Source: Octopus vulgaris (lineage: Eukaryota). From it: a stretch of 64,000 nt of DNA. Location: assembly GCA_951406725.2 (NCBI GenBank), contig OX597818.1, forward strand, positions 12,772,001 through 12,836,000, written 5' to 3'. The position numbers were made by a program, and so were the translations under genes. Positions 1-13,555 of the stretch are shown here, one piece after another (the stretch's first letter is position 1; each line of letters begins with the position of its first letter). The notes below the pieces were generated by a model. The model was not told the origin of the DNA. It was given only the letters and a program-made list of their open reading frames with translations, and made no database searches.

Positions 1-1482
1 TGCCTACAGATTGCTTGCAGTACATTTGGGCTGCTTGATTGGATGCTTAATGAGACTCAGATATTAATATGAAAACCTGGAAGATACTATCCAGCACACA
101 TAAATTCCAAATCAACAGTGTCGTAGAAAGCCTCTACCTAATATGAAAACAAGGCGGCAGAGGCTTAATATCAAACTAGACTGCCTTTGAATATCGTATC
201 ATGTCCCTTCAGCAACATCGTTTAACCGCCAAGTTTTGAAGTGCATCCTTTGACCAAGTTTGCACACATGAGGCTGATAACATCATGAGACTTGGAAAGA
301 AATTCCTAGAGCAACATTCCTTGTGTGATAACTTTGAATACATGCCCAAAGAAGTCCCATGACTATCCTGCAACCTATCATCAGATGAAAGGATGAACGT
401 ATAACATGAAAAGACCATGCATGGATATGTTAGTAGAAAGCCCTGAGATGATAGTAACATTGATCATCAAAGCAGTCTATCATAAACCAACAACCGGATT
501 AATACCTCTTACTTTGAAGGGTATGTGTTTGCAATCCAGGAGCAGAAAATATAAACCAATACCTGATGTACAAAAGTAACAGAGAAGCAGGAAAAGTAAC
601 GAGATGAGTCAACCTATGTAGAGTTTGTGGTGTTAACACCGACGACATCACCTACGTCATAAGCAGCTGACCAAAAATGTCACCACGGTATTTCCTAATG
701 ATGAGACACGATGTTGTGGTTAAGTCGCTGTATAATGAGATCTGTCGGAAGGATAACCTTGAAACCAAAGAAATAAGAATCTACAGTGTGGTGGAAGCCA
801 TAGCCACTCATAATAAAAAGGAGTACCGGTGGAATATCCCAGATTAAAGCTCAATAAAATGTAAATATAACAACGTAGACATAATAATTTGGGATTCTGA
901 AGAGAAAGTGTGTACAGTTGCGGAAATCAGTTACCCAGCGGATGTTAACATAAAGATAAAGATCAGCGGAAAGGAAAACGCCTACGCCGAATTGTTGAGA
1001 AATCTACAATTACTCAGCCCATATTACATGTTTAGGTTTATACATGTAATTATTGGGGCGCTGGGATATATAACACACTAAGTATCAATCTTGAGAAATT
1101 AGGCTTCTCAAAACCAGGAAGGAGTAAGCTGAGTTGTGAACTAAAGATTCAGGCCATCACTGGAATTGTAAAAATCTCTAACATTTTCCGTAAGTTTATC
1201 ATGTACGTATATATGAGAATGTTTAAACATGCAGCTACATGTATGAGAATACATACATAAAACGAAACATACAAATCTACACATGTCCATCCATCCATCC
1301 ATCCATCCATGCAACCATCCATCCATCCATCCATCCATCCATCCATCCATCCATCCATCCATCCATCCATACATACATACATACATACATAAAAAAATAC
1401 CCTGTTGATGTTAAAATTCCAGTGACGCAGTCTTAGATCTAAGTTAGAAACAGGCTCTTAATTGCTTGAAATAAAATTAATA
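1..1482 (+). pseudogene. Degenerate 3' part of an RLE-type (R2/R4/NeSL-like) non-LTR retrotransposon with 3' UTR
   Basis: Manual translation gives FEGYVFAIQEQ (~513-545), zinc knuckle CRVCG...ITYVISS* (617 onward), RHDVV (704), DIIIWD...EISYP (878-936, PD-(D/E)xK endonuclease) and IIGALGY (~1049). Stops and frameshifts are present. The 5' part is less certain. Confidence 0.8.
1287..1390. repeat. (CCAT)n(CATA)n microsatellite
   Basis: Seen directly; it explains the MDGW/IHPS ORFs. Confidence 0.95.
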
Positions 1483-1516
1483 ACGATATATATACTTACA
1501 AACATACACACGCAGT

Positions 1517-1550
<34 letters not shown>

Positions 1551-2640
1551 TACGCAAACACACACAAGCTCATATATGTATGTATATACATATATACATT
1601 TATATACATATACAAAAATCTAACTATATATAGATATACATATATGCACGTTTGTGAGTGTGTGTGCAATTAATTCTCTCAAACTGTTTCTGTGTATATG
1701 TTAGTCTTTGTGAAATTAGTATAGCAATGCTTCAAAATATGCACAAATATATGAGAAGTGCAACCTACATCATCTTTCAAATGTTATTGGCATCACTACA
1801 TGATTGCAACACTTCAGTATTCTTTACATATGTTTTGTCAAATGGTGTCAGGTTACTGGTACAAATGAATTATGAATTCACAAGAAGCCCAAACAGGAAT
1901 TAAATTTCTTCAAGTATATAAGAAATCCAAAATTTCCTCAAATTCTATAGATAGTCTGTATTTTCACCATCATCAAATCGTTAGCTGAAAATTGATATCT
2001 GCATACCTTTGTACAAGCTACAGGTTTGTTGTATCTAAATAATGTGAAACGCTGCTAGGTTCATAAGTAATTAACAACGACCAGCTGTTTAACTCTTGTG
2101 GCAATGCCGTTATAACCTGTCATAAATAATCAGTTTTTCTACTTCATTAATCGTATTGCTTACAGTGGCTGGGAAAATATAAATCATGGTGAGTTAAACT
2201 GATGTTTTAATGATAACTGAAATGGTGTTGCGGTATCACATGTTGTTATTTTCTTTGAAGCAACATCAAATTGCGTTAATTCACTAAGAGTGGAAGCTTA
2301 TTACAATAATGCTCTTCAGAAGTATCATTATCATTCCATTCTTCTTAGATCATAGTAATTTATTTCTTCTTTTAGACTTCCTTGACTCAGTTTGGCTCAT
2401 CTCTCGATAAAACGTATTATATATATTATCGTTGGCACTGTAAGGTTTAATGTGATTACAATATACAATGATTGCACACTTAATGAATAACAAATGAATT
2501 GCCGTCTGTTGTATGTCGTCATAATAATGTCGATGCAACCATAACAGTCTTTTTTTACTTATATGCTAACAGAATTAGAATCTACATAAAGTGAAATCTG
2601 AATTTACGTATGTGTTACGCCAGTGACATAAGCATACACA

Positions 2641-2919
2641 GATGTACAATATATACGCGTAATATAACAATGATATCAGAGTGTACATATATCTAATATA
2701 AACGAAATACACTTGCTGGTGCGTTGTTGAAGTAAAAATCAATTGCCAACGAAGGCACATGGCTTAGTGGTTCGATTCCTTTAGCATACGCCGGTGTACA
2801 ACATATACGCGTAATATGACAATAATATCAGAGTGTACATATATTTAATAGAAGCGTTGTTGAAGTAAAAGTCAACTGCCAACGAAGACACATGGCCTAG
2901 TAGTTCGATTCCTTTAGCA
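2641..2919 (+). repeat. Diverged tandem duplication (~150-bp offset) ending in a SINE head remnant
   Basis: tgtacaa.atatacgcgtaatat..caat.atatcagagtgtacatat...gcgttgttgaagtaaaa.tcaa.tgccaacgaag.cacatggc.tagt.gttcgattcctttagca occurs at ~2643-2786 and ~2794-2919. Confidence 0.85.
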
Positions 2920-5592
2920 GGTGGCGTGTTGTGTTCTTGAGCAAAATGCTCCATTTTACGTTGCTCTAATGCTGTATGTCGACCAACAATAAATTCACCG
3001 TTTCATCTGCGTATCGTAAAAGGCTATTGAAAGAGGTTGAAGTCGGATTTGCTTTCTGACCCAGTAAAATACTCACAAGCGACGTTTACCTAAATGGATT
3101 TGTAGGTTGTGGGGTTGTCGCCTGTGTAGTGCTAAAGTGTCATCAGCCAGGGAGAGGGAATCACTAACAAATGGTGGATTCAGCGACATGCCGTTACAGT
3201 CGCTTTTAACATTTTTCTTTTCAATTACTACCCCTTTAAATTGACATTGAGAATAGATTACAACAAAGACAGCTACATTGTGGCTGTTAAAGTCACCAGG
3301 TTCAAAACGTTGCTTCGAAAATCCCGGGCCTGGCTGACGGAAAGAGCACCTAATTCTTACAATCATTTGTATATATTTTTTTCCAGTATACAAAGTGTAA
3401 TATAATGTAGCTTAAACATTACCATCTAAAAACAAAACAACCAGTTCCATGAAGTTGAATGCTGGTCTCCGTGAACATAAGTAATTTCAATAATTTGAAA
3501 TTATAAGTTGCTTGCTTAATGGAAATTTGGGAAAAATCATACACTGGAGATCAACGATGGAACTGCAGTCCTCCTTTGTAAAATTTCAATGAACGCTCAA
3601 GTTCTCATTGCTTTGCAACGGGAAGTAATCTCATTCACCGATTACCAGAACGTCTCTGCTCTAAGTGATCTATTAGTGTGGATGATTCTGTGTACATATG
3701 CGTGTGACTGCGTTTTGGGTATCCTACTTGATGCACTACTCTTGATTTTTAGAGCGTAAGACTCAGAAAATTAAATATTATTTTAGCATAGCCTTAATTT
3801 ATTTGTATTAAACACACACACATACGAATTAATGCTGGTGAATATTTTTTCGAAATATTTTAGAGAATACGGTTTTGCATTTTTATATTATAATTGAGAG
3901 TCACATTCCCAATCGAATTACATTTCTGTAGAGAAGCTAGAAGACGAAGATTGATAAGGGTACAAGATTGTAGAATTTCTGCTCTCAAAATCCTTTCTAT
4001 TAGCAACAGATAGGTTGCTGGCAGTGATGAGGTACTTTTAAGAGTAGCATGAAATATATCGAGGGAAGGAATATAAAGAAATTTTGAAGACTTAAACAAA
4101 TTCAGTAGCAAGAATTGGGGAAAAAGCATCAACATGGACATCGTTTTTTAATAGGAAACTGTACACGGCTGTTAAGCAATTCAGGATGCCAATAAAGAAT
4201 GGTGTTTTGTTGAACAAGTCAGAGGGACTGATCCAAGGATGGAAAGATTATAAATAATTAGAAAGAGTATGAATAAGAGTAGTATTTCGGTTGCATGTAG
4301 AATATTTGTTAAACGAAAAGAAACGGTTGGAGTTTTGATCGCTGGATGTAGGATACTTGCATCAAATGTTTTCATGATGACGCTGCCACATTACTACAGT
4401 TGCGAATTTGTTAAATGTTTAGATTCGTGGATGCAGAAGGTGGAGTAAGCATCTTGCAGTACTTGCCTGTGGCAACGTACTTGTAAGCTTATATGTTACA
4501 ATCGAATAGAGTCTTCAGAGTGGCATATTGTTATGCTAAATAAAAAAAAAATCATCTGCTGCTGTTTAATCGATGTTGATGGTCTTTTTTGGTGCTAGGA
4601 TGGTAGATACAGATATTAGAAATTAGAAGCCGACCATTGCCTAAGGTATATAAGAAAATTTGGAATTGCTATGTTATTAACCTAATTGTAATAAGTGGTA
4701 TGTAGTGTAACAAAATTCTAAATGGATGATCGAAAACATGAATTTACTGATTCTAAAGAAAGCTTATTTGCTCCTCACAGCAACGATCGTTGGAACAGTA
4801 TTAGATACCAAAATTTGAAAATGGTAGATTGGTATCTAGAAATAAAAAATCAGCACGTAAAAACAGCATTAATTCCAAAAGGTATGATTTCGGAATGGAG
4901 AAAACTGAATAAAAATAAGTAATAAGAATAAAAAATTAAGTAATTTTGAAAATAATAAATCAACACAAAATAAAAGAAAGACACTCGAAGTAGTATAATT
5001 TATGTCCACAATTTTTCTGTGTATGGTAATGTGCTAAATGACATAAAGAAGCATAAATCAATGGCTATTGATTTTAGAGATTAGAAGTCGACAAAACTGG
5101 GAAGAATCTCAGAAAAAAACGGGAAAATAATATATCTAACCAAAACCAAATTATGATATTACGGTGACGATGTAAATCTCCCACTTCATCTCCATAGCAT
5201 CACGTACACTTATTTCTAGATACTTTGAATATTCTTTGAATCTCGGCGTTTGGTTCACTTTACAATTTCGTTCTTTATATTTACAAATCAGAAACGTTTC
5301 TAGTTAATCGTCAAACACTCATAAGTTACAGAATTCACCGGACGAAATTTTCTAGGACAGTTAAAAGGCTTCGAGGATATTTGGCTGGACGTAAAAATAA
5401 AAGAAATGTTTAAAATGACAAATTTATTTGCTTTTTATATTCCGAATATTTTCTTTACATTGTAGTCTGTTAGTGTTAAACTTAATATTTCAACAGAAAA
5501 TTACAACTGAATGTTTATAATATATAAAGACACAAAACTTTTAGAGACAGAAGCAGTAGTAATTGCAAATGGTAATATTTAACTCCATTTAA

Positions 5593-5772
5593 AGCGGAGA
5601 GCCGACAGAATCATTAAAGAGCCGGGTGAAATGTTTAACGTCAGTGCATCTGTATTTGCATTCTAGATTCAAGATCTGCCCAGTTTTTCTTTGCCTATCA
5701 TCCTTTCGGAGGTCAATAGAATAGGTGCCACTTGAGTATTGGGACCCATGCAATCAATTTACCTAATCCCTC
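5593..5772 (+). mobile_element. tRNA-derived SINE (family A), interrupted near its 3' end by a MITE
   Basis: Homologous to the copies at 17561, 22625 and 26843 (shared core like gcct.tcatcctttcgg.ggtc.ata.aataggt.cca.ttgagta.tgg). The SINE tail resumes at ~6093 (ccctcctcaaaattt). Confidence 0.7.
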
Positions 5773-5774
5773 TA

Positions 5775-6090
5775 CCATGAGAAAAACTCTCATATTGACC
5801 ATCGGTTCGTAAACACACTCTTGTTTATATCGCTAGCGGGGAGATAAAACTGTGTCGAGACTATCACATCACGTCGATTTCGGCTTTCTCTGGTCTTCTC
5901 AATGACGAACGCCCGAATGCTAGATATAGCAGCGATGTATCTCCGTTACCGATATATAGGATCGTAGATCTGGAATGGGCAAGTGATTTGGTGGTCTTGG
6001 TGTCGACAATGGCGAAGGATTTATCTTCGCTAGCGATATAAACAAGAGTGTTTTACGCGCCAAAAGCCAATATGAGAGAAACACTCATGG
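5775..6090. mobile_element. MITE (non-autonomous DNA transposon) with ~70-bp imperfect terminal inverted repeats and TA flanks
   Basis: Left end ccatgagaaaaactctcatattg...acactcttgtttatatcgctagcg; right end cgctagcgatataaacaagagtgt...caatatgagagaaacactcatgg. TA at 5773-5774 and 6091-6092. Confidence 0.85.
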
Positions 6091-6589
6091 TACCCTCCTC
6101 AAAATTTTGTGTTCTAACTGCACATATGATTTTAAGTGAGGATAAAAACTTAGCTATATAATATACGTTCTATTTTATTGGTTACGATTACAATCACTTT
6201 ACTTCTATAACGTCCATTAATAGTTGTCCATTGAACGGAAGCAAAGGTAGACAGAGGTACATTAATTTCAAATCAAATATTATGTTGACATGTCTTTGCA
6301 AGTAGATTCAATGTAGCACTTATTACACAGACATTCGTAATGCTACATGACATAAAAATTGCATTCTTAAGGCATTATCAAAGCTTGGTCCCTACAAAAA
6401 TCTAGTTTGAAACATCTAGCGAATAATTACATTAATTGGACAACGCTTCATCTTTGTTCTAACATAATTTATTTTACATACAAAGATATACATGGTCGTG
6501 GTCGTGGTTGTCATCTTATTCCCCCTCTCCCTCCTCCTCTTTCCCACATCGCCCAATTTTCCCTTCCCGCTTCTCATCCTCCTCCTCAT

Positions 6590-8210
6590 CATTTCACGTC
6601 CATTCTTCATGCTGGCCTGAGCTTGGCGGTTTGACAAGAACTGGTCATCTGCAGAACTGCATGGGCTCCGTGTCTGTTTTGGTACGGTTTCTGCGGTTGG
6701 ATGCTCTTCCTCACGCTAACCACTTTACTCTGTAAAATGATTGGTTTTATGCACCACCGGTACGGGCACATTTTACATGATTCTCACACCCACGAGCACT
6801 CAACTGAAGCGGGATATAGGGGATATGCCTATATGCAAGGACGACCACGAATTAACTTAGCTTGACGTGTCTCCTCAAGCACAGCAAACCGCCAGAAGTC
6901 TCAGTCCCCCCTCCTCCACTCTGTAAGGCTTTTTTATCACTTCGTCCTACATCTTCCTGGGTCTAACCCTTCCACACTTTCCTAACACAAGTAGAGCTCG
7001 GAACTTCCTGATGCAACTGTTTTCATTCATACACATTACATGACCTACCACCGGAGTCTTCCCTCTTGCACACTACATCCGATGCCTCGATTACCCAGTT
7101 TTGCTTTGAAATGTACACTCTTGTATATGCACACTGACACTACTTATCTAATGGAGCAGACTGGCTACAGTTCTTTCAAGTTTCGCATGTCCTCAGCAGT
7201 CACAGCCTATGTCTCACTTCCATGTAGCATAGCTGTTCGTGCTTACAATCTACCGCTCACTCTGAGCGAGAGGTCCTTCGTTAGTATTCTGTGCTTTTGG
7301 AACACCCTCCAACACTGCTAACTTGGTCATCCATGTAACGGAAAATGTCAACTACTTTTAAAGATCCCTTCCACTAATATTTTAGGGAGTCTGGTGTTTA
7401 ATGTGCCTGCATATCTTCCACATACAAAGACATCTTTCTATATTAATCTTCCAGTGATAGCGCTGCACGTTTATGTGTCCATAGCTTGCACTGAGTAGAG
7501 TATGGAGTTTTTCTCAACAATTTCTACATTTTCTGCATATGAAACAGGGCACTGTCTCTGGAGGGAGCTGCTAGTTTCTGTTTTACTACTTATTAGGACT
7601 TTGGCTAAATTAACTCAAGGCCCTTTAATTCTAGGTCTTGCCTTCTATACCTGAAATTTCTTCCCTAGTACGTGTAGTAATTCAGCGATAAGAACAAGAT
7701 CATCGGTGTAGAGGAATTCCCCAAAGCAGCCAATCCTCTGTAATAGCCTGGAGGGCTATGATAAATAAGAGGTGACTGAGAACCAATCCCTAATTGTACA
7801 CTAAATTCCTTGCTATGCTCATTGGCATATTTCATCTTACTGACAGCATCCATGTACATGGCTTTTACAACTCTCAGTAACCCTCATCTATCCCTAGCTT
7901 CGGCATTGCTCACTAGATAGGGGTGAGGGAGTCCCTGCCGAAGGTTTTCTCCATGTCAACAAACGCCAAATACAGTTGCATCAGTTGTGCTTCTACCTGG
8001 CATCTGATGTAGGCTAATTCTCTTTCTAATTAATTGAACTATGACCCTTTCTGTAACTTTTATCACCTGGTACAGCAATTTGATGCCTCTGTAATTATTT
8101 CCGTTTCAGGCATCACTTTTGCCTTTAGGACAGTTGACTATAATGCTGCTACATCAATCCTTGGGTATAACTCACTCGGGGACAACCTAATTAAACATAC
8201 AGGTAACTAG
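6590..8210 (-). mobile_element. Degenerate 5'-truncated RTE-clade LINE (RT plus 3' UTR)
   Basis: Minus-strand motifs NNYRGIKLL (~8075-8100), LYLAFVDMEK (~7947-7976), FLYTDDLVLIAE (~7682-7717), MLHGSET, RLRW*.HVM and GRVRPRK. Many stops and frameshifts. Confidence 0.85.
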
Positions 8211-9529
8211 GTCAAATTCCAATCCGCGTATCAATCGTGTGAAATATGAAATTTCTATGTATGTTGATAGTGTGTTGTATACGCTACATAATATACGTAT
8301 AAATATTATGACCCCAATTTAAAATTAATGTATAAATTATTATTCAAATCCCCCCTTTGCAGATGTTTTGACACTCGTCTTAAATATGTTAGGAATAAAT
8401 AATCGCATTGGCCCCAGCGGCACAGTGTACTGAAATGATAAATCATATTACTTCTCCGAAAGTAGTTTATTTACCATAGGAAACATTTCAAATTATTTCA
8501 GAAAACAAGAAAGTAGAGTGTTTTTTTTTTTTACCGAATACGACGTATTATTTTACATTCTTTCTATATATACATAAACAAGCACTTATCACGGTGCACC
8601 TCTCTCCCCACCACTCGTGTATTTGTATATACATTTGCATGAATTTATGTCAACATTCATATAATATTCTATCTATAAATTTGTTCATATTATTTTACAT
8701 AATCAACTTTATCCACAAAAACAAGAGTGAATATTCAAGAATAATAGAAAATATCATTCGATACGTACGTATTTGCTCAAGAAAAACTCGTCACTCTTGA
8801 GGCCTGTTTTCGTCGAAATATAGAAAGTAAAACATTTGCCTACATTTGATACACGAACATGGTATTTATTTTGTGGAGGATAATATAGGCTAAAAGTGTT
8901 GTTGAAGTGGAAAATATAATACTTCAATGCATACGAAAATTTTATCATGTGATTCGCATTTACAAGGAATGAAACTTTTCTAAACTTCTTAAGTTCTAAG
9001 AGGAGAAACCTTGAGTAGGTATACAGAGAAAAAGTCTAAAACTCTACGCTTTTTGAATTTCATTTCCTTTTTTTCTTTTCCTTTGCTGTTAGAAATTCAT
9101 AAATGATTACGGTTGTATTGGAAATCCATATTCAGTTTCTTTATCAAAAGACCAAAAGTAAAGTAAAAAGGAAATTAAACACTATTTTCCGCATGATAAA
9201 GACGAAAAGTAACATGATTATCATACGAAGCAGCCTCTCTTTTACCGGTATGATGAAGGTTTTGTTTAAATTAATACGATATTGGAACTTTTACTTACAT
9301 CTAAAATTTTGCAACATAATACGCGGAGCTAGGAATTTACTTGTGCTATGCAAATGTCTCGCATTTCTGTTAATGATAAATAGCACCCCGGACTAAAGAG
9401 CTACTTGTAATGACTTCAACTGATTAGATTATGATTCAGCGAACAGAAATATGTACACGTGCGCGCACACATGTTATAAATTATATATGCGTTTGTGTGA
9501 AGGGATTGACATAGAAGAAAAAGGGATAC

Positions 9530-10065
9530 AATGAAAAGATTGTGTCACAATCTTTTCATTCACACATTGAATTTGGTGATACTAGTTGCGGATTCTAGCT
9601 CGCTCTGATACTGAGTTGAGTTGATGCCTTCTAGTATCTCAAAATTCAATATATAATCATTTATGATTATAGTATTCTACGCTGAAGAGAAAAGAAGTTC
9701 TTGGTAAGATAGAATTATTTAATATTTAATTCTTATGCTTTCCTAAAAACTTGATTTCGAAACGTACGTCCGTAGATAACTTAAAATTGTATGATAGATT
9801 GCCGTCAATTCATTCCCTCTTACCTGTTTGTGTCTGCCTTCCAATTGCTGTTTTTACTGAGATCTCCCTTTTTAGTAGAAGAAATAGCTATAACTCTTTG
9901 ACTGCTATTTCTAAATTCGGTATGTGGTAAGGCAATTCGTTGCCAAACCCTTTATTGCTTAGTATTACTTAAATTTTCCTCGAATGAGGCTTTTACATGC
10001 CGAAGACTACTTGGTGTAATTGATAATTATTCCAAATTAATTAATTTCACCCTTCATTATTACGG

Positions 10066-10068
<3 letters not shown>
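9530..10068 (+). mobile_element. Penelope-like terminal-repeat (pLTR-type) element carrying a hammerhead motif and ending in (TA)n
   Basis: Contains the hammerhead at 9676-9776, starts near a 31-bp palindrome (9530-9560) and runs into (TA)n(TAGA)n. Boundaries are inferred. Confidence 0.6.
9676..9776 (+). ncRNA. Type I hammerhead ribozyme motif (intact core)
   Basis: Stem I tctacg(9676-81)/cgtaga(9771-76); CTGAAGA 9682-88; long stem II gaaa...tttc (9689-9758) closed by G-C; GAAA 9759-62; palindromic stem III acgtacgt; GTC triplet 9768-70. Confidence 0.85.
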
Positions 10069-10161
<93 letters not shown>

Positions 10162-10214
10162 TATAGATAGACAGGTAGATAGATAGATAACTAGATAGAC
10201 TGATAGACTGATAT

Positions 10215-10245
<31 letters not shown>

Positions 10246-10250
10246 CATAG
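10067..10250. repeat. (TA)n(TAGA)n microsatellite
   Basis: Seen directly. Confidence 0.95.
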
Positions 10251-10829
10251 ATACATTGTTTGACTTAAATAATTGTTTCTGTGCGGTGTATGAATTTATA
10301 AGCATTTTTATATCTTAGTATCAATTCGTTTCTTATATGTCTAGTGCATCTTCTTCCTATCTGTACTGATTCACCAATAAACTTTTCCATAAACCGTTCC
10401 TCCTTTTTTCTTGTATCAGTTTTAGCATCTTATATCTTAGTGTAAATTCAGCCCTTATGTACGGCCTGTTTTTTCTTATTCTTCACCATTTCATTCTTCG
10501 GCTTAGAACTTTTTCATATAAACTAACCTTCTATCTTTAGATAAATAGAAGTCGTCTGAACATTACTTAATTTAATACCAGTCGCCCTCTTCTAGAATAT
10601 ATACAGATAATAACCTTAGGAGGTTATGTTTTCTAAACACCACCTTTCCTATTGAAGATAAGAGGTAAGAGTCTTTCCATTACGTGCGCTGGCGTATGTT
10701 TTAGATATACATTTCTGTTACTATAATTATATGATTAAGTTTACCGTTTAATTTATGACTTCTTAAGTATTTACTGTTAACAGTTTCCTGCGAATGTGGC
10801 ATGCATATATGTATGTGTGTCTGTTTGTG

Positions 10830-11080
<251 letters not shown>

Positions 11081-11104
11081 TATGAGGAGTGCATGAGAGA
11101 TATT

Positions 11105-11990
11105 GCTCTTTTCTGCATCTAGTATCATTGTTACGTGTATTTGCCCATCTAGTTCCTGAAACAGCTTCTTTTGATTTATTTCAAACACTCTGTCTTGCTT
11201 GAACAGTCTTTTCCTATTGTCATATTTTTCTAGTTTTGCTTTGATTCCTACTACACTTTGTTTCTATTCTTCCAGTACCACATTATCACCTTTATCTCTT
11301 ATTCTATATGATCTTTCCAGCATTATTCTTACGCATTCGTTCTGCAATTCCCCTCTTCTCAATCTAGCAACTTGCCCTAAATATCGTTTCAACATTCATT
11401 GTTTCTCACAAATTCGTCTACGCCAGTGTGGTCCTTTACTTTCTGTTTGCTGTTTTCTTTTGTATCCAACTCTATCTACAGCAACCTTAGCTGCATCCTA
11501 AACAATCGTGTTAGTTTCAGTTATATTTCTCGTTTGGAATAGTCCAAGAACCGAATCTATCTTTTCTGTTTCGACCTTGAGCTTGCAGCGGTCAGTGTAC
11601 TTCAGGTTGAAGTGGGGCTGCTTGATCTTGGTCTCCTCACTATGTCGTGTCGGTCATCATCATATTTTTGTGCTATACCTCTTCCTATTACTTCTGCTTC
11701 ATTTGCTGAGAATGCATTTACATTTACTCTTTGTTCTACATCTTCACTGCTGCCTTTCATTTTTCTGTTCTCATTGAGCATGATATCTGTTGGTGAAGTA
11801 TTATGTCTATTTTCTACTTTCCTTTTCTCTCTTCTATTTCTCTGTCGGTTAACCACCCTTTTGCTCTTATTTCTCTTGCCTGGTCGGCTAACTGTTGCTT
11901 ACTTGTTTCGAAGAGTCCTATCGCATTCTATTTTGTTTTCATTCGTTGTCGAAATCCCCTTCTGCTGGGTTCACTCCTGATCCAGCATTC
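11105..11990 (-). pseudogene. Degenerate N-terminal fragment of an R4/Dong-like LINE ORF
   Basis: Minus translation KQQLADQAREIRAKGWLTDREIEE and [34 protein letters not shown]. The latter parallels ILAKAQRIRRYKKRQRFFEENKKFSSNPKKFYQELG in the 52.8-55.6 kb element. Confidence 0.7.
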
Positions 11991-12029
11991 AATTATTAGT
12001 AGCACCTGATGTACTACGATTTCAAAATT

Positions 12030-12630
12030 TGAATCAAAGTGCGATAATGACAGTTCTGATGTTTAAACTTTTTGAATTTCTTCGAATGATTTTTGACACC
12101 CCTATGATCAATACCATTTTTCGCCTTTTTTCAATAGGTTGGTTAAGAGTGTTCTTAGCTCATGCATGTTTGGTATGTATTTTTTTGGTAATAGTTCACG
12201 AGCCCTAAGAACTCTTGTAATGTAATATTGTTCGGGCTAGTCATATTTTTTATTACGGTCGATCTTGAAGGATCTGGCTTGCGACCATTTTTATCGATAA
12301 CGTGTCCAAGATACTATATTTCTGGCATGAAAAATTCGCATTTTTTCTCGCTAAGTTTGAATCCATACTCCTCTATCTTCTCAAAAACAATTTTAACATG
12401 TTCCTCAAGCTGGCCTTTAGACTCACTTTTTATGAGTATGTTATCCAAATATGCTGTAGCGAAATCCGTATCTGCAAGCATCGTGTCCATCACCTTTTCG
12501 AAAATACTAGGTGCCACTTTTATGCCAAATGGAAGTCGATTGAACTTATATATTCATTTATGATTGTTTACCGTTAGTAATTTCGAACATTCTTCCTCGA
12601 CTTGTAACTGTAAATGCGCCTCCGACAAGT
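12030..12630 (-). pseudogene. Ty3/Gypsy LTR-retrotransposon reverse transcriptase relic
   Basis: LSEAHLQL...YKFNRLPFGIKVAPSIFEKVMD...AYLDNILI...KLSEKKCEF...YLGHVID...FLGLVNYY. No LTRs seen. Confidence 0.9.
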
Positions 12631-13443
12631 TTCCTCTGGGCTTGGAAGTTTGCGTATTTTGTGTAGAAACGAAAACGGTCCGCCTTTAGACAAAATTACC
12701 TTTAGTCATCTTTTACATACATAGAAATGTTAGTGACGCTGAATATCTACAAACACATGCAAACATGAAGTAATTATGTTTCTACGAAATTTAAACTTGA
12801 AAACGCATAAAAGAATGCAGATAGGTATCTTTTTTTTTTAGTAATATATATATGTTAGGTGACAAAGTTTCGAAACTTCTCTAGGAAAGAATACTCGTAA
12901 GATACGTTTGGCAAAGGACATAGTAAACGGCGCTGGACGACAACTGCAAAGTGACCTGCTATAATATGCAAAGCATAGCATCATATTTATTGTTTGGATT
13001 GAAGTTTAACTATGCATTTCTGTCCCGTCTTGTCGTACTACAGTTAATCATAGTGAAAAATTATGGAATGATTTTAGAGATATATCCCCCCCCCGCAAAG
13101 AAAAGTTCAGTGAATGATATAAGTAACTCTAAAGAGTCAAAGATTTTGGCAGCACAAACTTTGTACAATACTGATGTTGCAATAATGATGACGATATTGT
13201 TGCTGCTGTTCTTTAAAACATTAGTGAGCAATGAAGAATAGACTGGATTTCTATTTCTCGCATATGAAACGACTGCATACACTTTCGTTGGATTGAGACT
13301 CGAAAAATCATATATTCAAGTGGTGTTAGAGTTGATGGTGATAACACTAAGAATGATGGTACATATTGTTGATTTGGGGCTCGATAGCGAGTATGTTGAC
13401 GATGATAATGGCAACAACGACGGCGACGACGAAGAGATAACGG

Positions 13444-13462
13444 TGATGATGACGACGACGAA

Positions 13463-13545
<83 letters not shown>

Positions 13546-13555
13546 CGACGATGAT
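13444..13555. repeat. (GAT)n microsatellite
   Basis: Seen directly; it explains the poly-M/H/I ORFs. Confidence 0.95.

Noticed and set aside
3860-4680. Possible old CR1/L2-like LINE 3' end on the minus strand
   Set aside because: Composition is suggestive but no convincing motif could be read.
10320-10400. Minus-strand peptide FIGESVQIGRRCTRH resembling GIY-YIG
   Set aside because: A single short motif with no readable upstream Cys or VY motif.
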